A stretch of 12,014 nt of DNA, from positions 1 to 12,014 of the forward strand of contig JBNKUM010000036.1 in assembly GCA_050298595.1 (NCBI GenBank), in the 5' to 3' direction. Shown in pieces: positions 1 to 8,149 of this stretch (position 1 is its first letter; every line of letters starts with the position of its first letter). The translations under genes and the position numbers were made by a program. The DNA comes from Gammaproteobacteria bacterium (lineage in GTDB: Bacteria; Pseudomonadota; Gammaproteobacteria; GCA-001735895). The notes beneath the pieces are model-generated. The model was not told the origin of the DNA, searched no databases, and saw nothing but the letters and a program-made list of their open reading frames with translations.

Positions 1-192
1 TTTCTGTACCGCGATGAATGGGCCTGAAGCTAAATCAGTTGACTGACCCGCTAACAATTTACGATGACGATAAAAGGTTTTACTGGATAGTCCATTTGCC
101 AGACAAAATGCTGCCGCATTTAAATCACTACTGGCTTGTTGCTCGATCAGCTCCTGCCATTCTGATTTACTGCGATGCTTTCGTTTTCCCAT
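1..192 (-). CDS. tnpA: IS66 accessory protein TnpA (HTH), partial, 3' end outside the window
   Basis: Manual translation from the ATG at 192: MGKRKHRSKSEWQELIEQQASSDLNAAAFCLANGLSSKTFYRHRKLL..., open to the window edge. Matches the IS66 TnpA pattern W..LI..Q..S.L....FC...GLS..TFY. Not in the ORF track. Confidence 0.88.
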   Translation of the reverse strand, partial: MGKRKHRSKSEWQELIEQQASSDLNAAAFCLANGLSSKTFYRHRKLLAGQSTDLASGPFIAVQK

Positions 193-270
193 CTCTGTTA
201 CCTTTTGAAAAAAGTAATAGTTTAGAGAAAGGTATTCAGATATTTTAGGTGCTTATCGCTGGACGCTTAC
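1..270 (-). mobile_element. IS66-family insertion sequence, left end (continues off the left edge of the window)
   Basis: The minus strand from 270 reads GTAAGCGTCCAGCGATAAGCACCT, a typical IS66 terminal inverted repeat (GTAAGCG...). A TnpA-like ORF follows it. Confidence 0.9.
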
Positions 271-271
271 A

Positions 272-1423
272 TTGAATATGCCTGTTGTTGCTTTGTTGGG
301 GCCAAGGCAGGCGGGTAAAACAACATTAGCTTTGCAGATCGCTCAAGTGGTGGGCAAAGAGACAGCTTATTTAGATTTAGAGCTAGACTCAGATTTGGCT
401 AAATTAACAGATGTTGAAGCCTATTTACGGCGCTTCGAGAATAAGTTATTGATTATTGATGAGGTGCAGAGGCAGCCAGAACTATTTCGAGTATTGCGTG
501 GGTTAGTAGATATCCGTAAAAGAGCTGGTGAAAAAACGGCTCAATTTTTATTACTGGGTTCGGCTTCGCGTGACCTTATTCAACACTCTTCAGAAACTCT
601 TGCGGGCCGGGTTAGGTTTTTGGAGTTAAGCCAGTTTTCTGTGCTGGAGCTGGCTCAACAAGATAATATGTTTGATATGGAAACGCACTGGTTGCGAGGT
701 GGTTTCCCTGATAGTTATTTGGCACCCTCAGATAAGGAAAGCTGGGCATGGAGAAGTGATTTTATTTCATCTTACATAGAAAGGGATATTCCCTTGATGG
801 GTCCGCATATTAGTGCAACGACGATGCGCAGGCTTTGGTCGATGTTGGCACATAACAATAGTCAGCAAGTTAACTATTCAAAATTGGGTGAAAGTTTAGG
901 CGTTAGTTATAAAACAGTTAAAAGCTATATTGATACGTTAACTGATTTTTATATGTTGCGTCAGTTACAACCCTGGTCGGGAAATACAAAAAAGAGATTG
1001 GTTAAGGCGCCAAAATTATATTTTCGTGATAGTGGGCTGGCTCATCGATTTTTAATGATCCCCGATTTTGAAAATTTACTGGGACACCCTGCTTTGGGCT
1101 CTAGTTGGGAAGCTTATGTGATAGAGAATATTTTGGGTCAAGTATCGGATAAGTGGCGGTATAGTTTTTATCGAACCTCGTCACAAGCGGAAATAGATTT
1201 GGTTTTAGAGGGGCCTGAAAAGCAGGTTTGGGCGATAGAAGTAAAGCGCTCATCAGCACCTACGTTGTCAAAAGGCTTTTATTATGCGTGTGATGATATC
1301 TCTGCGACGCATAAGTTTGTTATCTATCCCGGTGATGACAAATTTCCATTAGCTAATGGTGTCGAGGCTATGGGTCTGTTAGCGTTTCTGCAATTATTGC
1401 AGGGTCTTGAAATGCTGCTCTAA
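272..1423 (+). CDS. AAA_14 / DUF4143 ATP-binding protein, native N-terminus removed by IS66
   Basis: Walker A GPRQAGKT, Walker B IIDEVQ, LLGSAS, LAGR, RGGFP, KAPKLYFRDSG and a C-terminal nuclease-like EIDLV...AIEVK. The frame starts right beside the IS66 terminus (TTG 272, ATG 278). Confidence 0.9.
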   Translation: MNMPVVALLGPRQAGKTTLALQIAQVVGKETAYLDLELDSDLAKLTDVEAYLRRFENKLLIIDEVQRQPELFRVLRGLVDIRKRAGEKTAQFLLLGSASRDLIQHSSETLAGRVRFLELSQFSVLELAQQDNMFDMETHWLRGGFPDSYLAPSDKESWAWRSDFISSYIERDIPLMGPHISATTMRRLWSMLAHNNSQQVNYSKLGESLGVSYKTVKSYIDTLTDFYMLRQLQPWSGNTKKRLVKAPKLYFRDSGLAHRFLMIPDFENLLGHPALGSSWEAYVIENILGQVSDKWRYSFYRTSSQAEIDLVLEGPEKQVWAIEVKRSSAPTLSKGFYYACDDISATHKFVIYPGDDKFPLANGVEAMGLLAFLQLLQGLEMLL

Positions 1424-1581
1424 AAATGAAACCAAAATTAATGAGTATAATATTCACTGGAAATGAGGCTTGAAGTTTCATGGTGCTTCGCTGTTGAAAG
1501 TCGGCAGTGGATAGGTATAAGACTGAAGACTGTTAAAAACCGTGGTTCATCGTGATTACACTAGCCCTGTTGATGGTTTAA

Positions 1582-1912
1582 CCTAGAATCTGCAGTTTGA
1601 CGAGTTGAAGTGTGCGTTTGAGGTGGTGTAGATCAAGGCGTGACGACGCGGAATAGCGAGCTATTCCAAGGAGTTACAAGGCTGCCGCGTCCTCGGCTCG
1701 GGCATCCTGCTTCGCCCTACCTCCTCCCTCCCTGGAGTCGTGCTCACGCCCCTTACCTATGTCCCTATAGGCAACGCAGAGATGCACCGACTCAAACGTG
1801 CAATTCAGCTCGTAGCGGGACTCACCTGCACGGTGGAAAGATAAATCGACTGTAATGCTCTACGAAACAGTGGAATACCCTTTTATGCGAGCGGTCAACT
1901 GCGGAATCTCGG
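1582..1912. mobile_element. MITE-1 (331 bp, non-autonomous), IS1634-like ends, 5-bp target duplication TTTAA
   Basis: Imperfect TIRs CCTAGAATCTGCAGTTTGAC (from 1582) and GTCAACTGCGGAATCTCGG (to 1912). TTTAA lies on both flanks (1577-1581, 1913-1917). Long internal hairpin 1602-1630/1783-1811. The IS1634 assignment is from memory of TGCGGAA..TAGG-type ends and is tentative. Confidence 0.8.
1693..1740 (+). repeat. 48-bp dispersed cassette, copy 1
   Basis: TCGGCTCGGGCATCCTGCTTCGCCCTACCTCCTCCCTCCCTGGAGTCG, 43/48 identical to 9950-9997. Flanked by TCC and TGC. Confidence 0.85.
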
Positions 1913-1999
1913 TTTAAGATGAATAGGTTGGATTGAGCGAATAGGTGACAGGAAAGGCGGATGTTGGGTTGTTAGACAGGTAGAAGAAGATTGAGGTCT

Positions 2000-2131
2000 A
2001 TGAAAAGAGCATTTGATTTTGTTTTGGCAATATTTGCCTCCTGTATTCTTGTAGTGCCAATAATTTTTGTTGCACTTTGGGTGAAGTTAACTTCAAAAGG
2101 TCCTGCTTTATACTGGTCAGACAGAGTGGGG
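2000..2131 (+). pseudogene. Bacterial sugar transferase (polyprenyl-phosphate phosphoglycosyl transferase), 5' fragment of 44 codons
   Basis: GAGG RBS then MKRAFDFVLAIFASCILVVPIIFVALWVKLTSKGPALYWSDRVG (KR.FD...S.GP..Y...RVG motif). The frame then runs into the repeat array. Confidence 0.9.
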
Positions 2132-2735
2132 CTTCGGTTTGAATGGATCCCCGGGTCAAGCCCGAGGATGACGAGTTTTTATAGTGTGGATACTGTTGCG
2201 CTGTGTAGCCGAGCCTTTCGGTTTTACGATTATCGTCATTACCCGGCGTGACTGGGTCTTTCGGTATCACAATTAACGTCATTACCCGGCGTGACCGGGT
2301 CTTTCGGTATCACAATTAACGTCATTACCTGGCGTGACCGGGTAATCTAGAGCGGGGCTTAGGTTAGATGGATCCCCGGGTCAAGCCCGAGGATGACGGT
2401 GTTTTTTAGGACGACTACGGTTGCGCTGTGTAGCAGAGTCTTTCGGTTTTACGATTGTCGTCATTACCTGGTGTGACCGGGTCTTTCGGTATCACAATTA
2501 ACGTCATTACCTGGCGTGACCGGGTAATCTAGAGCGGGGCTTCGGTTAGATGGATCCCCGGGTCAAGCCCGAGGATGACGGTGTTTTTTAGGACGAATAC
2601 GGTTGCGCTGTGTAGTAGAGTCTTTCGGTATCAAATTTGCGTCATTACCCAGAGTTACGGGGTCTTTCAATATCACGATTATCGTCATTACACGGCGTGA
2701 CCGGGTAATCCAGAGTTGGGTTTTGTTTTAGATCC
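2122..2735. repeat. CGTC-tagged REP-like (BIME-like) array 1
   Basis: Forward units CGTCATTACCCGGCGTGACCGGGT(AATCYA) near 2234, 2277, 2320, 2459, 2502, 2640 and 2684. Inverted units TGGATCCCCGGGTCAAGCCCGAGGATGACG near 2144, 2369 and 2551. Periodicities of 43 bp and 182 bp. Confidence 0.92.
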
Positions 2736-2770
2736 AATTCAACAAGCTATGGGTAAAACCTGATAAAATA

Positions 2771-4123
2771 TCATGTAGATTTTGAGATCTTTTTCATGCC
2801 AAATGAGCCATATAAAATTCCAATAAACAGGCAAACACTGCAATAACCCGTGCGGTAGAAGGCATACGACTCAAAAAAATTCATCACAGCAAAGTAAACA
2901 ATCCAGGTGGTTCCAAGCAGAAAGATTTTTTCTTTCATCTCTCCCGCAAACCACTTACGTACTAACAGATAATAAATTGAACCAAGCATCAGCAGAAAAA
3001 AGACCGCAGCTGCCAGGCCAAACCCCAGAGCCAGATCTAAATAGCTGGAATGGAAATGTCCGTATCCCTTGCCAATAAAGTCTGTAATTTCTTTTTTCTT
3101 TAGCAGCTCAGCTCTTGTCGCTGGCCCATAGCCAAGTATAGGCCTGTCTTCTATCAGGGTTAAAGCATAGCGCCACTCAAACAAGCGAACTACCATGCTT
3201 GATGCTCTTACGTTGTCGTCTCCTTGAACAAACAATGTAGATTGTTCAATGTCCCGTACCATCTTTGCTCTAGGGCCATTAAGAAAATGAAATGATGTCG
3301 AAGTGAAAACAATAGATAAAACTAACAGGCTGCCACCAAATATATAACAATACCTACTAGTGTGATTATTTGTGTGGCGAAAAAATATTACCAGGATACT
3401 TGTCAGGATAAGACCTGCAATCACACCAAGCCATGCCGCTCGAGTTTGAGTAGCAACGAAAACCAGCAAAAAGAGAACAAGAAGTGCAAACTCTGTCAGT
3501 GTTTTAAGCAAGTTCTGGTTTTTTGATTGAAATCTGCGTGTAAGCTGAAAAACTGCCAGCATAAACCCACTACCAAACCATAAAGCTGAATGTTCAGCGT
3601 TATGTAGACCAAAATCGACGCGCTTTAATTCAAGCATATTTGACCAGTCAGCTAATGAGCTATACTTAATTAAACCTAATACAAGCCCTATAAATATGAG
3701 ATAGATAAATGTTGTCAGGCTTCTGTCAGAATCGCCCATCCACCAACCTACAAGAAGGAATCCAAACAAAAATATACATCGCTCGGTAAACTGCCAGTGC
3801 TCTGAAAAAGGTATTGTGAAATTATTACCAGCATAAACAACTGACGATATCATGAAGATAAAAAATGCCAATGCCATCCAATATAGCCACGTACTCTGGA
3901 TAGATCGAGCAACATATTTCCATGACATAAACTTGGTCAGTAATAGAATATAGATGGCCAGTCGTGTGGCATCTTCTGAGATGAGAATAGTGGTGGGCAA
4001 CAAAACTAGGGCAATAAGACTTAACCAGCCAACCCAGCTAGATTCCGTTCGGCAATAACTGGCAGGGAATACCCTTTCCAGTGCGCTTGATGTAAATTCA
4101 GCAGTATTAATTGCTGTGGTCAT
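2771..4123 (-). CDS. O-antigen ligase / Wzy_C family multi-pass membrane protein
   Basis: About 12 hydrophobic segments, TQTRAAWLG, RLFEW...LI.DRPILGYG and HFHSSYL (H-[NS]-x-Y-L) motifs typical of WaaL-like proteins. Confidence 0.88.
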   Translation of the reverse strand: MTTAINTAEFTSSALERVFPASYCRTESSWVGWLSLIALVLLPTTILISEDATRLAIYILLLTKFMSWKYVARSIQSTWLYWMALAFFIFMISSVVYAGNNFTIPFSEHWQFTERCIFLFGFLLVGWWMGDSDRSLTTFIYLIFIGLVLGLIKYSSLADWSNMLELKRVDFGLHNAEHSALWFGSGFMLAVFQLTRRFQSKNQNLLKTLTEFALLVLFLLVFVATQTRAAWLGVIAGLILTSILVIFFRHTNNHTSRYCYIFGGSLLVLSIVFTSTSFHFLNGPRAKMVRDIEQSTLFVQGDDNVRASSMVVRLFEWRYALTLIEDRPILGYGPATRAELLKKKEITDFIGKGYGHFHSSYLDLALGFGLAAAVFFLLMLGSIYYLLVRKWFAGEMKEKIFLLGTTWIVYFAVMNFFESYAFYRTGYCSVCLFIGILYGSFGMKKISKST

Positions 4124-4299
4124 AAAACTTCCAGGTAGATAGAGTTGAAATTATAATTGTGAAATCTCAGTTTAGGAGATATCAGATAGTATTTTTTAAT
4201 ATTAAAGTATGTGTTCCCATGTGGCTATATCTAAGGAGCGTTTACAAGGGGATTAATAATTGAAACCAATTTCTCTGTTGAATATTCTTAATTAAGAGC

Positions 4300-4622
4300 T
4301 CCAGGGTTCCGGTATAGATGGATCCCCCGGCTCGAGCCCGAGGATGACGGTGTTTTTTTAGTGTGAATACTGTTGCGCTGTGTAGCCGAGCCTTTCGGTT
4401 TTACGATTATCGTCATTACTAGGCGTGACCGGGTAATCTAGTGAGAGGCTTCAGTTTGAATAGATCCCCGGATCGAGTCCGATGATGACGAGTTATTAAG
4501 GCCGGACATTTACAAGAGTGACCGGATCTCGGTAATGCAATTATCGTCATAACCCTGTGTGATTGGGTCTTTCGGCATCACGATTATTGTCATTACCCGG
4601 CGTGACCGGGTAATCCAGAGCG
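4300..4622. repeat. CGTC-tagged REP-like array 2
   Basis: Inverted units near 4319-4348 and 4461-4490, forward units near 4411, 4546 and 4589. Same conserved spacers as array 1 but more degenerate. Confidence 0.9.
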
Positions 4623-4752
4623 GCGGTTATTATTACAGTGAGCTCTTCATATTCTTCCTTGTTTTTATTGGATTGCCTGGTAGGGGGAGGTAGTTTTTTC
4701 AGGTTTTGCAGTTATTATCTTGTTTACTCTAGCTTGCAGGATTTGGGGCGTA

Positions 4753-5280
4753 ATGACATTAGCTTATTCGGCACACTATACAGTGAAAGATTATGAGTCA
4801 TGGTAAGGTGATTAGGAACTGATTTATGGTGCTCCTTATGCCATGTCTCCATCTCCAAGTGTAACTCACCAACGTATTGAAAAAAATATTAATCCTGATA
4901 GAAAATCAACTAAGTACTTGTGATAAATGCGAAGCTTTTGTTGAGCTTGTTTGGATTGTCTGGATGATTCGGTCATCAGACCAGATGTTCTGGTTGCTTG
5001 CCACCATCAGGGTGAAAAATTAACAAGAACGCCAGAATTAATTGTTGAGATAGTTTCGCCTTCCACTGTGCAACGAGATGAAAATTTAAAGTTTGAATTG
5101 TACCAAAAAGAGGCGGTAAAAAATTATGTTCTCGTATACCCAGTGCTTAAAAAAACAAAAGTTTACCGATGGGTAGACGGTCAATATCAAAAAGTTGGCG
5201 ATTTTTTTCAGGAAACCTATGATTTTTCTATTTTAAAATGCGAGGTTAAATTAGATTTTTCAAAAGTTTGGCCTAATTGA
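4753..5280 (+). pseudogene. Uma2 family endonuclease pseudogene 1
   Basis: MTLAYSAHYTVKDYESW*GD*ELIYGAPYAMSPSPSVTHQRI, with stops at 4804 and 4813 and frameshifts near 4890-4965, then RPDV...PELIVEIVSPSTVQRDENLKFELYQ (ORF 4951-5280). Confidence 0.9.
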
Positions 5281-5287
5281 GCCTTTT

Positions 5288-6062
5288 GTACCGATATTTT
5301 TCGTCGCAGTATGGGTTAAAATAACATCAAAGCGCCTCATATTATATTGGTCTGATAGTGTAGGTATTAATAATTCATTTTTCAGAATGCCATAATTTAG
5401 AAGCATGAAAGTTGATGCTCCAGCACTAGTGTACTGTCCTAAACTGTATGTAGATTATAGAAGCCCCCAAATTTCCCAAGACAAGGCGCAGTTCGTAGGC
5501 AATGGCGCCTCCCTTGTCAAGAACTGCAACGCCGGATTGGGGGATTTGGGGGCTTCCCTTCGGGCGAGACGGGAAACAGCCATCTGCTGCGTTGTCATCC
5601 TTGAAAAGGGCATGCCATTCCCTGCGGATGACGCCTTGCATATAACTATTTCCCGTCTCGCTATAATCTACATACAGTTTAGGACAGTACACTAGCTACT
5701 CATTTGTTGAAAGATCAGGGAGCGGCGTTAACTCTTATAGGAAATTTTTTGCGAAAGTCCAGCATGGATGAATTACCTCAACTTTTGTGCATTCTGAAGG
5801 GGGATATGAGTTTTTATAGGGCCTGGACCAGCCTTGTTCAATCAGGATGATTTAATAGTTTTACGGACAGAAACAGGGAGTGCATCAACTTATCCCTGGC
5901 TTAACTGGCTGAGCTCAAGTTAACGGTCAAGATGAGTTGCCCATTCCTCAGAAAGTGGATTTAGATTTAGAATATTTACAAAGGCAATCATTTTTGTTTG
6001 ATCTAAAGATGCGATGGATGAGTTTCTTCAAAGTGATACAACGTTCGGGTGTCTCACATTAG
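5288..6062 (+). pseudogene. Bacterial sugar transferase, second copy, degraded and interrupted by MITE-2
   Basis: VPIFFVAVWVKITSK...YWSDSVG...RMP*FRSMKVDAPAL[MITE]ATHLL...FLRKSSMDELPQL..ILKGDMSF...PGLTG*AQVNG...GVSH*. Stops at 5393 and 5910, frameshifts near 5815 and 5878. About 18 N-terminal codons are missing. Confidence 0.92.
5430..5691. mobile_element. MITE-2 (262 bp), perfect 31-bp TIRs, CTAG target duplication, IS481-like TGT...ACA ends
   Basis: TGTACTGTCCTAAACTGTATGTAGATTATAG (5430-5460) and its exact reverse complement (5661-5691). CTAG at 5426-5429 and 5692-5695. Removing the element plus one CTAG restores the frame APALATHLL. Confidence 0.95.
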
Positions 6063-6177
6063 TAATTATTAGTATTTCTTTTAACTTTTACAGCGGTATA
6101 TAATTCTATTATCGCTTACTGAATACCTGTTTACTGAAATAAGCCAGTTGACTTTTACGGATTGAAGACTAATAAAT

Positions 6178-8133
6178 ATGAAAACTAACCTCCTGAGCTG
6201 GTTCATTCAGTTGAATCGAAAGCAAAAGCGTATCCTGTTGCTTTCATTGGATTTTTTTATGGTGCCCACATTACTTTTTGTGGCATTTTCAATTCGATTA
6301 GATCAGCTCTATGTACCTCCTTTGCAGCAAATATGGATATTTGCTGCGGCACCGCTAATTTCTACCCCTATTTTTATTAGATTTGGACTGTATAAAGCCA
6401 TAATTCGCTATATTGGCTTTAAAGCGCTGTGGGCTGTTGTGAAATCAGTTCTGCTTTACAGCGCTATATGGTCTTTACTGGTTCTTATGCTGAAAACTGA
6501 GGGCGTTCCACGTTCTGTATATGTTTTGAACTGTCTTCTGGCAATCCTCTTTATTGGGGGTAGCCGAATGATTGCTCGCTGGCTGTTTATTGGTCAAATA
6601 GCTTCTAGAGTCAAAGGAAGCGCTGTCGCCAGAAAAAATGTCGTGATTTATGGAGCGGGTTCGGCAGGTATGCAGCTTGCAGTTGCTCTCAATATGGGGT
6701 GTGAGCAGATACCTATTGCTTTCATTGATGATAATCAGGCATTACATAATTTACATATCAATGGGCTTAGGGTTTATGGGTTTTCACGTTTAAGCTATTT
6801 AATTGAAATGTTCCGCATTGACGAGGTTTTGCTGGCATTACCTTCAATTTCAAAAAAAAGAAGACAGGAAATAATAGCAATGTTGGAACCCTATGCGGTT
6901 CATGTCCGCACGATTCCTGGTGTTTCTGAAATGGCTCAGGGGAAGGTTAAGGTTGAAGATATTCGAGAAATTGATATTGGCGACTTATTAGGACGAGACT
7001 CGGTGGAACCGAATTTAGAACTTCTAAATAAAAACATCAAACAGAAGGTGGTTCTGGTGACGGGGGCAGGCGGTTCCATTGGGTCAGAATTGTGTCGTCA
7101 AATTATTACTCATAAACCTACCCGACTCATACTGTTCGAGCAAAGTGAGTTTCAGCTCTATGCAATTGAGAAAGAGTTAAGGAAATTATCTACTAGCGTT
7201 GAGTTAATACCTGTTTTAGGGTCGGTGGCTAATTTAAAAAGGATGACTGAGGTCTGTCATGCCTTTTGCGTCCAGACCATTTATCATGCGGCGGCTTATA
7301 AACATGTGCCTATGGTAGAAAGGAACCCTGGCGAAGCAGTTTATAATAATATTTTAGGGACTTTAAGGGCTGCACAGGCGGCAGTTGAGGCTGATGTGGA
7401 GACGTTTGTGTTGATCTCCACCGATAAGGCCGTACGGCCAACCAATACTATGGGGGCAACTAAGCGCTTTGCGGAATTAATATTGCAGGCATTAAGTCTC
7501 GATAAAAAATTATCAAAGAAAACTCGGTTTACTATGGTTAGGTTCGGCAATGTACTTGGCTCGTCTGGATCAGTAGTCCCGCTTTTTCGGGAACAGATTT
7601 CTCATGGTGGCCCCGTTACGGTTACAGACAGTAAAATAATTCGTTATTTTATGACCATTCCAGAAGCAGCGGAATTAGTTATTCAAGCGGGTGCGATGGG
7701 GCGAGGTGGCGATGTATTTGTGCTTGATATGGGTGAGCCAGTTAAAATTATTGATTTAGCTAGAAGAATGATTCGTTTAAGTGGCTTTGAGGTTCAGGAT
7801 GAAGATAACCCGAACGGAGATATTGAAATAACATTTACAGGGCTTCGTCCCGGTGAAAAATTATATGAAGAATTGCTGATAGGAGATAATGTTTCACCTA
7901 CTGAGCATGAAAAGATAATGCGCGCTGAGGAGGAAGTAATAGATTGGAAAGAGTTAAGCTCATTGATCCATGATTTACAGGCTGTAACCGATAAAGGTGA
8001 TTATGCCGGTGTCAGAGATATTCTACAAAAAACGGTATCTGGTTATACGCCACAATGTGATGTTATGGATGAATTAACCCTCGCTTTTGAATTAAAAAAA
8101 CAAGCCGTCAAATCAAATGTCATACAGCTCTAG
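6178..8133 (+). CDS. Polysaccharide biosynthesis protein, membrane-bound NDP-sugar 4,6-dehydratase (WbpM/CapD/PglF family)
   Basis: Four N-terminal TM segments, IYGAGSAG, VLVTGAGGSIGSELCRQ, HAAAYKHVP, ISTDKAVRPTNTMGATKR, VRFGNVLGSSGSV and GLRPGEKLYEEL. Confidence 0.97.
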   Translation: MKTNLLSWFIQLNRKQKRILLLSLDFFMVPTLLFVAFSIRLDQLYVPPLQQIWIFAAAPLISTPIFIRFGLYKAIIRYIGFKALWAVVKSVLLYSAIWSLLVLMLKTEGVPRSVYVLNCLLAILFIGGSRMIARWLFIGQIASRVKGSAVARKNVVIYGAGSAGMQLAVALNMGCEQIPIAFIDDNQALHNLHINGLRVYGFSRLSYLIEMFRIDEVLLALPSISKKRRQEIIAMLEPYAVHVRTIPGVSEMAQGKVKVEDIREIDIGDLLGRDSVEPNLELLNKNIKQKVVLVTGAGGSIGSELCRQIITHKPTRLILFEQSEFQLYAIEKELRKLSTSVELIPVLGSVANLKRMTEVCHAFCVQTIYHAAAYKHVPMVERNPGEAVYNNILGTLRAAQAAVEADVETFVLISTDKAVRPTNTMGATKRFAELILQALSLDKKLSKKTRFTMVRFGNVLGSSGSVVPLFREQISHGGPVTVTDSKIIRYFMTIPEAAELVIQAGAMGRGGDVFVLDMGEPVKIIDLARRMIRLSGFEVQDEDNPNGDIEITFTGLRPGEKLYEELLIGDNVSPTEHEKIMRAEEEVIDWKELSSLIHDLQAVTDKGDYAGVRDILQKTVSGYTPQCDVMDELTLAFELKKQAVKSNVIQL

Positions 8134-8149
8134 CTAAGGCGATTATCCA

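Noticed and set aside
18-248. 76-aa plus-strand ORF
   Set aside because: Shadow ORF antisense to IS66 tnpA and its terminal region.
1640-1855. 71-aa ORF (and the 66-aa ORF at 9880-10080)
   Set aside because: Both read through MITE and nested repeat DNA, and they translate the shared 48-bp cassette in different frames.
1998-2282. 94-aa minus-strand ORF (and the 69-aa ORF at 9332-9541)
   Set aside because: Translations of REP array sequence or antisense to the transferase stub. Their mutual similarity comes from the repeat.
2122-2735. CRISPR array
   Set aside because: The spacers are themselves repeated and conserved between arrays, units occur in both orientations, and no cas genes are present. 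This fits REP/BIME-like arrays.
5405-5695. Two overlapping opposite ORFs (96 aa and 88 aa) with identical terminal peptides
   Set aside because: Artefact of the perfect TIRs of MITE-2. Neither has transposase motifs.
7341-7550. 69-aa minus-strand ORF (and the 76-aa ORF at 8199-8429)
   Set aside because: Antisense or alternate-frame shadows inside well-supported genes.
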